Assembly (NCBI GenBank): GCA_030295235.1
Contig: AP026150.1
Coordinates: forward strand, 310,001-374,000
Direction of reading: 5' to 3'
Source of the DNA: Fistulifera solaris
Taxonomy: Eukaryota
Length of the DNA: 64,000 nt
The translations under genes were made by a program, and so were the position numbers. Shown piece after piece: positions 1 to 11,062 of this stretch. Positions within the stretch are counted from its first letter, which is position 1. Each line of letters opens with the position of its first letter. Under the pieces are notes generated by a model. That model was not told where the DNA came from and searched no databases. It saw nothing but the letters and a program-made list of their open reading frames with translations.

Positions 1-398
1 GAGCTGCACTTGCAATGGAAACCGCTGATGTCACTCTTCTCGACTCAAATCTAGAAAAGCTTCTCTACTGCATCGAAACGGGCAAGAAGGTGACCTGGAA
101 AATCAAAGAAAATGTCTTGTTTAGTATTATCGTGAAGCTCATTGTTCTTGCTTTTGCAATTGCGGGGCGTACGCACCTTTGGGTCGCTATTGCCAGCGAC
201 GTTGGGTCAATGATTTTGGTGACATTGAATGCAATGACAATTTTACCGAAGCGTCAGAAAGACATGCCTTTTAGAGACCCATGCGACGTAGAAGATGGCT
301 TTCCATCCTCCAAAGCCGTGCATTGTGAAACTGATGAATTAGCAACTCCGTGTTCATCTGGCTGCTGTAAAGTGAGCAAAAATAGAAGCTGCAACTAG
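1..398 (+). CDS. 3' end of heavy-metal P1B-type ATPase (Zn/Cd HMA-like), 5'-truncated by window
   Basis: AALAMETADVTLLDSNL...KIKENV.FS..VK...LWVAIASDVGSMILVTLNAM matches the final TM helices of P1B-2 ATPases; Cys-rich tail (PCSSGCC). Confidence 0.85.
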   Translation, partial: AALAMETADVTLLDSNLEKLLYCIETGKKVTWKIKENVLFSIIVKLIVLAFAIAGRTHLWVAIASDVGSMILVTLNAMTILPKRQKDMPFRDPCDVEDGFPSSKAVHCETDELATPCSSGCCKVSKNRSCN

Positions 399-494
399 GG
401 AAGTTTACAAAGAACGAATAACTCAACTAAAGACAATAATGGTACTATTGTGGTAAACAACGATACAAAAGGTATTGTTGGTTAACAGTCCAGT

Positions 495-1925
495 TTAAAG
501 AGAGCACAACCCGTACTCTTTCTCAAATGTATTGGACTTGTCGCTGAGCGAAGACTGTCCAGACTCAGACGCTGGATAGTTTGTCATGAAGTCATATTCA
601 CGGTGAGCGTCATCATACAATGATAGCGACGCCAAGGATCTCGGAAAGGACATAGCAAATTGAGTCGGGTATGGTTTCTGCTTCACTACTTTTTGCGGGG
701 CTGCTTCTTCTTCCGGTTTTTGCTTGACGTTTATGTTCCGAAGTCGTCGACAGGTGAAAACACCGAATGAAAACATAGCAACGGCGATTAGAATTAGAAC
801 CACAGAGAGAACAATGGAAAGAGCCGAGATGTCGCTTGACTCCGCATCACTAGTTTGCGAGCTCACTGGCTCACCATTCAGCTCGATGTAAACCCAATCA
901 GATACAAGGTATTTTTTCAGATTATCGGTTCCCCAAAGCGAGAAGTAAGTCCGCAGATGAGCTGTGATATCCTCAGGGGTTGGGTGGTCTTCGCGTTCGT
1001 AGAATACTTCGCCCGTAATAAGCACAATTGATGGCGATGAAATTTCTACATCGACGAATAAATCAGCAGCGACAAAGGACATTGAGTTAGGGCCCGACGC
1101 CAGGACCCCCCAGAAAAAAGCTTCTAATTTGTCAAGGAGCAGGGCTTTGTCAAATTCTCTCTCTACTGACGAGAATGCAACATGAATTTGAATTTCGGGG
1201 ATTGAAGCTTCAAAATACGAGCCTGGATCCTGGCCGTGTTTGTCGTCGCCATCTGGTTGCTGATTGACGCCCGAAGGTGACTGCGTACTGAATTGATTAT
1301 CAGGATTCTCTTCCGACGTTTGCGCCGTCGGTGCTTGAGTAGGCCGCATTTCATGACTCAAGGTCGGCTGTGTGGTTGAAGCCGTCACCGTCGCCTGCTC
1401 AGAGGTTCCTAATGAGGGTGTCATCGCCGGAAAGTTCGGTAAAATTAACGGGGATAGTGATATAATCGTGGCAGTATTTGCTGAAGGAACGGGTTGTGGA
1501 AGCCCGTTGATTAATGACGGCGAAAGACTTTGCGGTTCATGTGGAAGGGAACTCAACACGGCCGAAACGGGTGAGTTGGACGGATATTCCCCAGCAAGTG
1601 CATGCGTTGGAGTCGCCGTCGGGCTCAAGGATGGCAAATGACTTGGTGATATGACCGGTTCTGACGAAGGACTTTGGTTCATCGTACGACTTGTTGATGG
1701 AGAACTAGAAGCCGATGGTGTTGGTGGGATCCATGGCTCTCTTGGAATATCTGAAAAGTAGATGGGGGCAGTGGCTGGATTCAGAGCAGTGAACGTGTTC
1801 AACGAGCGCAACGAATAGAGATCCGAGTTCTCATATGGAAATCTGTTTTTGAAGTGCGGCACGTCTGCACCTGTGCTAGCTACCGCCGAGATGAATGTAA
1901 ACAATATAAGTCTTAAGCTTGACAT
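495..1925 (-). CDS. Single-pass type I membrane protein with Pro/Ser/Thr-rich ectodomain
   Basis: Likely start MSSLRLILFTFISAVASTG (signal peptide, ATG at 1925), long PST-rich tract, TM helix ISALSIVLSVVLILIAVAMFSFGVF followed by basic residues. Confidence 0.7.
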   Translation of the reverse strand: MSSLRLILFTFISAVASTGADVPHFKNRFPYENSDLYSLRSLNTFTALNPATAPIYFSDIPREPWIPPTPSASSSPSTSRTMNQSPSSEPVISPSHLPSLSPTATPTHALAGEYPSNSPVSAVLSSLPHEPQSLSPSLINGLPQPVPSANTATIISLSPLILPNFPAMTPSLGTSEQATVTASTTQPTLSHEMRPTQAPTAQTSEENPDNQFSTQSPSGVNQQPDGDDKHGQDPGSYFEASIPEIQIHVAFSSVEREFDKALLLDKLEAFFWGVLASGPNSMSFVAADLFVDVEISSPSIVLITGEVFYEREDHPTPEDITAHLRTYFSLWGTDNLKKYLVSDWVYIELNGEPVSSQTSDAESSDISALSIVLSVVLILIAVAMFSFGVFTCRRLRNINVKQKPEEEAAPQKVVKQKPYPTQFAMSFPRSLASLSLYDDAHREYDFMTNYPASESGQSSLSDKSNTFEKEYGLCSL

Positions 1926-2552
1926 GTTGTCGAGGTTGTCGAGATTAATTTGTAAGTTCATCAAGTTTAAGACCACTACATAGGATTTTTCTCAACACCG
2001 ATTCCGCACCAAGGGGCGAAGTCTGATCTGCTTTTTTCATAAATTACAAACTATACTCCGCGTTTCAGAGTTGACACCTTAATGATAAGCCAAGCTGTTT
2101 CAGCTTTAGGCTGAAACAAGCCAATCCTTCCTATTTTGATAATGCCTTCTTACAACGTGCCCATAAAAGATTTTCAATTTATAGTTTCACCGTCACTCGA
2201 AAACTAAATTCTGTAGTCGATGAATTGTTGTCCGTCGTTTAATATAACTAACCTAGGGATGCCAAAAATTGGCTTTTTTGTTCCAAAACAACCTTATGCC
2301 ATGTCTCCTAAGGGCAATGCTTACTAAATGATACAATCAGTGCTTGTAGTCAAGTTCCGGAAAAACCAAGAAAGCAGAACGTGAAATCGAAAGCGTTCGA
2401 AGAAGGTAGAATAAGAAACGAAAAGTAATACGCGAGTTAACGGATCCGCTCGTTTTTGTCAAGGTTCATGATTACCTTCGTGATGCCAGCAAGAAGCCTC
2501 ACTTAAAAGCTAAGTTTGAGCACTAAAAGGCTGCATCCAATGGAATGCGATG

Positions 2553-3631
2553 CTAGTTTCGAGCTTTCTTATGAAGCGAACTTTCCGGTTCGCCTTCTGT
2601 GCTCATTGTAGAATCCTCAAACACACCCGGCTTGGCCCAAAACGAAACTTTCCGGTCCGACGTCATACCTCCTGAACATAAAAGGGCAATTTGTCGTGTG
2701 CATCGACCGCTAGAATGACCCCATCATTTTCATGTTTCAGTACCTGCTGCACTTCCGCAGTTTGCAGGTCATATACGACTACTTTTCCCGTCTCCGACCC
2801 CACCACCACGGACTTTCCGTCACTAGTAAAGGTCGCGACGGTCGAATAGCGGGAGTGAACATGAGCCCCCGCGTGTGTTGTTCCTTGATGCGTCGCATAC
2901 GATTGTACGCATTGATTGCTAGCTGTTCGCGAGACGGGCCACAATCGCAGCACAGAGTCTAACGTCCCGGCTAGCAGGTACTTTCCGTTGGGGGCGTACC
3001 TTAACGTCGAAACGGGAGGATTTCCTGCTGCATAGATCGTCTTCAAACATTCTCCCGTAGCGACATCCCAGATGCGAATCAAGCCGTCGTGACTGGCACT
3101 TGCGATAGTCGTTCCGTCTCTACCGAACGAAACAGCTGTCACGGGGTCACTATGCGCCGGCAACGTGCACACACATTCTCCACAGCGAACGTCCCACAAT
3201 TTCACCGTTTCGTCGAACGAGCCGCTCACCAGCATATTATTGGTCTGGTCGACGCAAAACACAAACGACGAATGTCCCCGAAATTCTACCAGAGCTTCCG
3301 CAGTAACAGCATCCCACAAGCGAACCGTCCGGTCGTCGGAAGCGGTCGCCAAGAAGGGCGCGGCTCGGTTCCAGGAGACTTGATTGATACCCCTCGCATG
3401 ACCCACACAAGTCCCCAGAGGCTTTAGTTGAGAAGACGAAAGAGAAATGTCCCATATTTTCGCGGTTCCGTCGGCGCTGGCACTAGCGCACATGACACTG
3501 TCCGGCTTGATGATGTTGGAGGGAGCGAATTGCAGAGTCGACACGGCACGCTTATGTTCTCCGTGAAAGGGAAGAAGATAAAATTCATCTTTTGAGACGA
3601 GAGGACGCTTCTTGTTAGCTGGAGACGTCAT
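2553..3631 (-). CDS. WDR5: WD40 protein, WDR5/SWD3-like COMPASS subunit (apparent frameshift at ~2680)
   Basis: WD repeats (SASADGTAKIWD, TASDDRTVRLWD, SGSFDETVKLWD, LPAHSDPVTAVSF, PNGKYLLAGTLDS). Adding one base at the CCC/TTTT run restores the last blade LLCSGGMTSDRKVSFW, with stop at 2553. Confidence 0.85.
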
Positions 3632-4792
3632 TCTTTTCTAAGAGTACTCGTATTCTAGGAAATAAACGTGTCCTTATTGTTTCAGGAAGGAGACCAGCAC
3701 CATGCAATGAAAAGGCGACTTGCATCGCAACAATCGCAGCAAATGTCTTTTTGCTGCCGGATCAGACGACAGACGACGAAAAGAACAAAGAAAAGAAAGC
3801 GGAGCATTATTGTTAAGTGACGATAAGACACAATGTGGTTTCTTACATATATCGAATTTTGAATTTATTCCCCCCAAACGAATTACAATACAAGGTAAAG
3901 AAGCTGACGTCTCCCTCTCTTTCTTATTACAGTGTTCCCACTTCCGTTTCGACGCTCGGTGTTCCATGCGTTGAAATGTTGGAGTAATAAAAAAACCCCA
4001 CTTTGGAAATTGGAAGATCAAACGGAGAACGGAGTGCGGAGAGCAAAGGTGCGCGGTTGCGCGGTGCGCGCTCCTGGATTAGTAGTTTAGAAACAACATT
4101 GCCCCCAATGTAGTTGAAAACGGTGAGTAGACAAAATGACAGTTATCTAAGAAGTGAATTTTCGTATTAAGTGTCTGTCTCAGGTAGCTAAGCATGAAAC
4201 GTGGTATCTGTCAGCGGTACACAACTCCTTCCACAGCCAATTTTGTTGTTGTGTCGTTTCTGTCGTCGAAGCGGAAAGTGCGCAAAATTTTTTCTGTTTC
4301 AGAGGTCTAGAGAGTACTATGGACGGATCCAAAATATCCAGTGGTGGGAAATGTCATCCGCACGTCCTGGTCAAATAGAATTTGTACCAAAGTACAAGAT
4401 CGATTTTTCTCAACTTTTGTCTTCACCCTGACAAACGACAAAAGCTCTGCTGCCACTTTGCACCGCGTTGAAAATCGTGGGAGTTTTTGCCACTCCAACC
4501 GAAAGACCAAGAGAGGGGGGTCGACGAAAAATACGTCGTGCGCTACTTCGAGTGCATCCTTTTGCTGTTTGCATTTATTAATCACTTGTGTGGCTGGATC
4601 CGAGTGTAACAACCTTTAAACATTCGAGCTACTCAATAAACTTCCTTGCAACTACGCTGTCGGAGCAAGGAATTTATTGCGCAATAGTGACTTGGATATT
4701 TTCGTTTTTTGCACCGGGCTCATTCATCCTGGACGCTTCCTATCTATCTTTTGCCTACTGGCTCTTTCGTCTATCAGTTAACAAAGATATCA

Positions 4793-4815
4793 CTCTCTCT
4801 CTCTCTCTCTCTCTC
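4793..4815. repeat. (CT)n microsatellite upstream of PPR gene
   Basis: About 11 CT units seen directly. Confidence 0.9.
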
Positions 4816-4941
4816 GTATATCAGGGCGTTCACTTGTATTTGGTCAAGGGGAATCTATCTGTATTCGCCGGGGGTTCGTACTCGAAGTCGATTGAATCAA
4901 CAAGTTGCACCCTATCATTACGTCGTTGTGACCCTCGGGCT

Positions 4942-7900
4942 ATGAAACCGGAGGAAAGAGTCATATCCTCAATCATGCAAGTTCCCGATGATGACCGAAT
5001 GGAGCGACAGCTTCGACATTTGAATTTAGATGCTGCCGAATTCACCTTCTCGGGTTCTCTTGAGAAAAGCTCGCATCTGACACCCTCCTGGAGTCAAGCC
5101 ACAACGAGTAATCTCGATGGCTGGGACTTTAACACGTCAACGGCTTTTCGAAATAATCAACGTGCAGAAGAACGATTTCAGTATTCGCCTCCAACACAAA
5201 ACCAACAATGGAGTGACACCGGGTCGCATAATAGCGGAGGAAGTGGAATTTGGGGCGATGATCATTCTCGAGGATCCCAGACTTCCGGTACAATTCCTTC
5301 TTACAACCCAACCCTGACAGATTTTTTTGTCGAGATCAGATGCACCGCTCAAACCTATAGGCAACCAGGAGTATTCTCTAATCTCGGATGATTTCCGTAG
5401 CATTGGGGCACTTCCGTACGGAAACTTGTTGAGGGAAGCACAACAGGAAGACAATGCTTCTAGCTATTTTGACAGCAATGCATTCTCGAGTGCTGATTAT
5501 TTTGGATCCATTTCGTCTCAATCGGTTGGCAGCATTCCTGGTTTAGTGCCAAGTTCGAGCTCAATCACCAGCACAGGCTCGGGATGGAAGTCACAAACCA
5601 GCTCATTGCTTCCAAAGAAACAGTCCTCGCTCGCGGCGGCCATCGCCGCTGCGAGCAATAGCAACGCAATGGCACCACCTCCGGGCTTTCACTCGGAAAA
5701 TTTTGCCGAGGACGAGCCATCCGAACGATCCGTTGGGTCCAGGGACAGGTACGACAGCAACAATCGCCGTCGTGGCAAAAATTCAAAGGGACCCCGAACA
5801 AACGTCACCAACAGTCGGCGGCAAAATCCGATGCGTAAGAGCGAGGGCGAGGCTCCTAGCTTTCTTCCAGCTTCCTCAATGTCTGATCCGGGTTCAATGA
5901 TGACTTCTCAAGCGATACAGCAATTGTTGCGCCCAGAAAACAAGCCGTCGAAGGTGTCTGGTAGACCTAGTACAATCTCGGAAGATTATTCCGAAAGCAA
6001 CTATAGTCTGACTGGTCATTACTTTGATCACAACATCCAAAAGCAGTCCATTCTGCCGCAACCTGTGCTGGAAGATGTCAGCTCCTTCTTTGGGGGGCGA
6101 AACCAGTACTATGGGATTGAACAGGCGGAAGATGGCGAGGACGATGTTGAGTTCATTTTCGGCGCAAGATCAGAAGATGAGGAAGATACGGATTCGTTCG
6201 ACGATGGGTACTTGGATCAGCATGGGGATGACTCGTCCCCGCGAGCCAAGAAGCGCGAGTGGTTGTTGCGCATGAACAAAAAGCTAGCCGAAGTACCGGT
6301 TGGTGAACTAGACCCAGCTGTCATCCCGTTGACAGCCTGCATGAATTCGTGGGCTAAAACCAAAAGTGCTAACGGAGCATCGATGGCAGAAATGTGGCTT
6401 AAACGCGCAGAAGAGGAAAAGGCGGCAGGCAATACCGCCGTCGTACCAACAACGAAGATGTATACAATGGCTGGTAAGATTATTCACGCAGCAGCATGTT
6501 AAGGGTTGAAAGAATACGTCTAATTCGTCTAATTTGTCCTTTCTCCTTGCAGTTGACGCTTGGGCTCGCAGCGGACAAGGTGCTGTCGCCGCCCAAAACG
6601 CTGAAGCTCTTCTCCAGCGCATGTACAATGAATATCAAAGTTCAGGAAAACCAGAAGCCTTGCGCCCCACTAATGCTATATTCAACGCTGTGATTAATGC
6701 GTGGGCTCGCTCTCAAGAAGCGACAGCTCCTCACCGCGCAGAACAGATATTAAACTGGATGCAGCAGCTCGGAGAGCTTGATGTTCAGCCAGATAAGTAC
6801 ACCTTCAATACAGGTAAGTCTGGAACTGCGTAATATCAATTTAACGCTGAAGGATATCTGATGTGTTATTGTGGCAGTAATCCACGCTTACGCAAAAGTT
6901 GGAGGCGCAGACGCCGCCGTTAAGGCTCAAGATTTATTGGCGCGCATGCATAGAATTTACGAAGAAGGAAACCTCCTCGCTAAACCCGATACTATATCAT
7001 ATAACGTCGTCATCAACTCGCTTGCGAAGAGTGGCGGAAAGGGAGCATGCAATGAAGCTGAGAAGCTCCTTTCAAAGATGCATTATTTGTACGAACGCGG
7101 TGACAGCGATGTCAAACCGAACGTCGTGACATACGGCGCTGTCATTGACAGTTTTGCCAAGAGTGGGGAACCTGACGCAGCGACTAGGGCGGATTCGTTG
7201 TTAGCCACCATGATTCAACTACACCAATCAGACCCGGTTCGACATGCCGATTTACTCCCTAATACTTACGTATTCAACACAGGTACGTCAGAGTCGTGCT
7301 CGACAAGCTCTGGAAGGTTGACACTAAGTGACGCTTTTTATTAGTTATCAACAGCTGGGCCAAAAACAAGGACAGAGACGCTGCTTCCAAAGCTGAAGAA
7401 ATGCTTGTTGCGATGAGCAGACTCCATGCTTCCGGTATGCCTAGTTTGAAACCTGACAATTTCACTTACACAGCTGTAATTGACGCTTGGAGCAAGAGTG
7501 GTTGCCGTGGAGCTGCCGCAAGGGCAGATCAGTTGCTAGACAAGATGGAGGCGAAGTATCTTGCTGGCGACAAAAGCTTAAAACCCAACAGCTACACATA
7601 TAATGCGGTGATTTGTGCGCTTGCCAAGTCTGGCGAGCCTGGAGCAGCCGCCCGTGCGGAAAGAGTACTTCAGAATATGGTCAACCGACACAGAGCAGGC
7701 GGCGATGATGATGTAAAACCAACCACAATCAATTTCAACACAGTATTGGATGCGTACGCAAAATCTGGAGGCGGAAGAAGTGCGGCTGAGCGGGCCGAAG
7801 AGATTCTTGAGTGGATGGATAGTCTCCACAAGAATGGTAACCCAGATGTGAAAGTTGATACCATTTCCTTTAACGCTGTTCTTGATGCGTGGGCCAGAAG

Positions 7901-8816
7901 TGGTGATCAAATGGCACCAAGACGGGCTGAGCAGATTCTGGACCATATGGACGATCTTTACCGATCGGGAAACAAAGGAGTTAAGCCCGACAGGTACACT
8001 TACAACACTCTCATCAATGTATGGTAAGTGAACAACACTACTGACAACTTGCCAAGTTATCCTAACTAACCCATTTGCACAGGGCCAAATCGGGAGAACG
8101 TGGTTCTGCAGCACGTGCCGAACATGTCCTTGCTGTTATGGAAAAGCGTTGTCGTGACGGAGACCAGGATTTTAAACCGAATACACGGACATACACAAGC
8201 GTAATCGATTCATGGGCGAAGTCAGGAGAGAAAGGAGCTGCTCGCCGCGCTGAACAGATTCTGAACAATATGATAAGTCGCTATGAAGCAGCTGGTGATC
8301 CAGATGTCAAGCCAAATGTTCATACTACAAATGCTGTCTGCAATGTAAGTACCTTTCTCGCATGAGCTACTATCCCTCCACCAATATTCGCTAATAAAAT
8401 CGTAGGCTTGTGCATTCTCGAAGCACCCCGACGACAGGGAAGAAGCACTACAGATAGCTTTTCGTGTGTACAACTGGCTGAAAATGCAACCAGACATGTG
8501 CCCCGACTCCTACACATACACAATCTTACTTTCAGTGTGCGCCAACTTGCTACCTCGAGAAAACTCTGTTGCCCGCTATAACCAAGCTAGTGCCTTTTTT
8601 GAGAGTTGTCGAAATGCTGGCTACGTGAACGATTATGTTCTTCGAAAACTCCGACAGACTGTGTCTGACGACGAGTTCATGATGCTTGTGGAGTATCGTA
8701 CCGAAGCCTCGGCGTCAAGCCTTCCACACTCTTGGACTCGTAATGCAAAGGTTGAATTTCACGGCCGAAGTCGGAAAGCTAGCGGAAATTGGTCAAACCG
8801 GCGCAAGGGCAAATAG
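4942..8816 (+). CDS. Pentatricopeptide-repeat (PPR) protein with long low-complexity N-terminus; introns 6474-6552, 6814-6877, 7283-7344, 8024-8082, 8345-8405; apparent frameshift at T-run ~5322
   Basis: Repeated (Y/F)NxVIxAWAKSG...AxxAExxLxxM...KP(D/N) motifs; five GT-AG introns that join in frame. Confidence 0.88.
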
Positions 8817-9189
8817 AGCAAAGACCAAAACGTGCTCTCATTTTACAAATCATTCCATTCATACAATCCGGATTTTATATTTATCCATAAGCAAATCAGT
8901 GTATCAGCAAAGGTCGACGTTTTACCCGAAAGCAGAAAACCTGAGCTGGTTGAGTTAATTTCAAGACTAAAAGATAGTAATTCCAGTTCATATTATTGAA
9001 GATGCTTCTATGTCTGGTGATACTTACCAAGGGAAGATAGGCGAAAAGAGAATTTTTGACGTCAACATAAAAGGGAATCAATTCGTCGGCAAATAGCACC
9101 GGCTTGATGCGAGATACGGTAATGAGAAGCACAGTGAGCAGCTCCCGTTCTTCTAAATTTTTGCATGAATCAGCTACGATCGTGTATGT

Positions 9190-9326
9190 TTGATTGTTTG
9201 ATAGAAACTCAGATCACCCGTTGGGAAATATTGACTTATTTTATGAAAGCTACCTATTGATTGCTTGATATTAGAATTGAGATCACCCGTTGACAAATTT
9301 TGGATTTATTATCTGAACGCTACCTA
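9190..9326. repeat. Imperfect ~68-bp tandem duplication (2 copies)
   Basis: TTGATTG...AGATCACCCGTTG...GCTACCTA occurs at 9190-9256 and 9257-9326. Confidence 0.8.
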
Positions 9327-9404
9327 CGGACCTTCGGAGAGGAAATGGCACTACGACCTATTCATAAAAGCTGATCACATTCGGTCAGTCTACGGATCTC
9401 TGGA

Positions 9405-9803
9405 TTACATTTTGTGAAGTAGCGTTGTGCAAACCTTCCAAGCTTGAAGCGCGGCTGTCTGCAACAAGCCAACTGTCTGCTGCAGTTGCTGTTGCTGCCG
9501 AAGAGACTGATCACGTGCACAAGTTTGCTGCTTAAGCAGTGTTTCTTGAAGTCGATCCATTTGATTCCTTTCAAGGTGATTTGATGTCCTTGACAAATAA
9601 GTTGAAGATCTACGCAGTTGACATTGCAGCAAAGTGGTTTGATTGTCTTGGCTTTCTTGAAATTGAAGATGTACTTCGCGACTTGCCTCGCGAAGCTGGG
9701 ACTGAATATGCTTTAATTGTTGTGCTGAATGATTTGACGAAAGCTGACTTGAAACGAATCCATTTTCTGACATGCTCTGACTCTGAGACCCAGGTCGAGC
9801 CAT
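9405..9803 (-). CDS. Possible Gln-rich hypothetical protein exon (gene structure unresolved)
   Basis: 132-aa Q-rich ORF with nearby splice-like signals; no recognisable domain. Confidence 0.25.
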   Translation of the reverse strand: MARPGSQSQSMSENGFVSSQLSSNHSAQQLKHIQSQLREASREVHLQFQESQDNQTTLLQCQLRRSSTYLSRTSNHLERNQMDRLQETLLKQQTCARDQSLRQQQQLQQTVGLLQTAALQAWKVCTTLLHKM

Positions 9804-11062
9804 TCATGTGTTCCTAGGAATATGATGTTAGCTGCCTCTCGACTGTAAAGATATTATCTGCTGAATTGATCCTTACTGAAGGAGCAGGACTATGATTTTC
9901 TGATCGTTTGGTCGAGTTCTTCATTTTTATGGCTTGATGATTTATCTAGTTCTTTCGTGCTACTGAAAAACGTTGAATCATCGCGTTTGTTACCTGAATT
10001 TTGAATCGATGAAGAGGAGCTATCATTGCTTGTTTCCTTTACTTGCATCAACACGGGGCAATTTTGCTGTCCATAAAAATTCTAGTTAATGAAAAGCCTT
10101 TTTAAAAGGTTTGGATCAGATGACAAAGGGCACTGAAGCACGCTATCAAACAAAGTAAATGTTGTTGCCGGACGTCTTAAAGAACGAGGGGCGCGAACGC
10201 ATCGTCGTGTGTCTTAAAATGCGGCTGTTTACTCAGGAAATGCATAATGCTTGCGAGGTTTCGCTAACAGGAAATGCACAATGCTTGCGAGGTTTAGCTA
10301 GCAGCAAACGAACGAACATCCCTGTGGAACATATACCAGGTACTCCTTTGCAGACAACAACACACATGGGTACAAAAAACAAAAAACGCAAGACCGCAAG
10401 ACAAGTCAAGATCCCCAAGGAATATTTAGCCTCTTTGACTACAGTATCGAAAGTAGATTACGTACAAAGTATTCCAGAATGATTAGCGACTAGCGACCTG
10501 CGACCTGGTACCTGGTAGAATGAATACTACGTAGTACGTACTACGGTATTGTAAAGGCATTTAGAATTTCAGCACGTTGCCCATCAAAAATATAAGCCCT
10601 TCCGAATAAATCGAAATTATTGAATTTCATGACTAAATCCACTTGTCTTAACGGCAATTCGCCTTCTGTGATTAGGACACGGTTTCAGATTTAAGGGACG
10701 ATTAGAACTAGACTACGGTCATGCGATGCCTCCGAGTCCCCAATAAGCTTCATGAATACCGATGCACTATAGAGCTGTAAAGATTACGGAAAGATTACGA
10801 CCAGAAAAGAGGACTAAGGGAATGCCATAAACCCCAAAGAGTTATTGCGAATCACGAAATCGTAAACAAGGCAAGACACCTGGCATTGAAAGTCATAGAG
10901 TTGGGGGCGAATTTTATTCGGATTTAGCACCGTCCAGTTCAACCTCCTCCCAAACCGTTTCACCAATCGACCATATCAGATGGCCCACAACTTTGTTTGA
11001 AAACAAAACGTTGTCTTCTTCCTCTTGCTGCTTTTGAATAAGAAGCCAATCTAAAGTAAACG

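Noticed and set aside
2096..2118. Hairpin TGTTTCAGC-TTTAG-GCTGAAACA as a terminator or ncRNA
   Set aside because: A single 9-bp stem in eukaryotic intergenic DNA with no further support.
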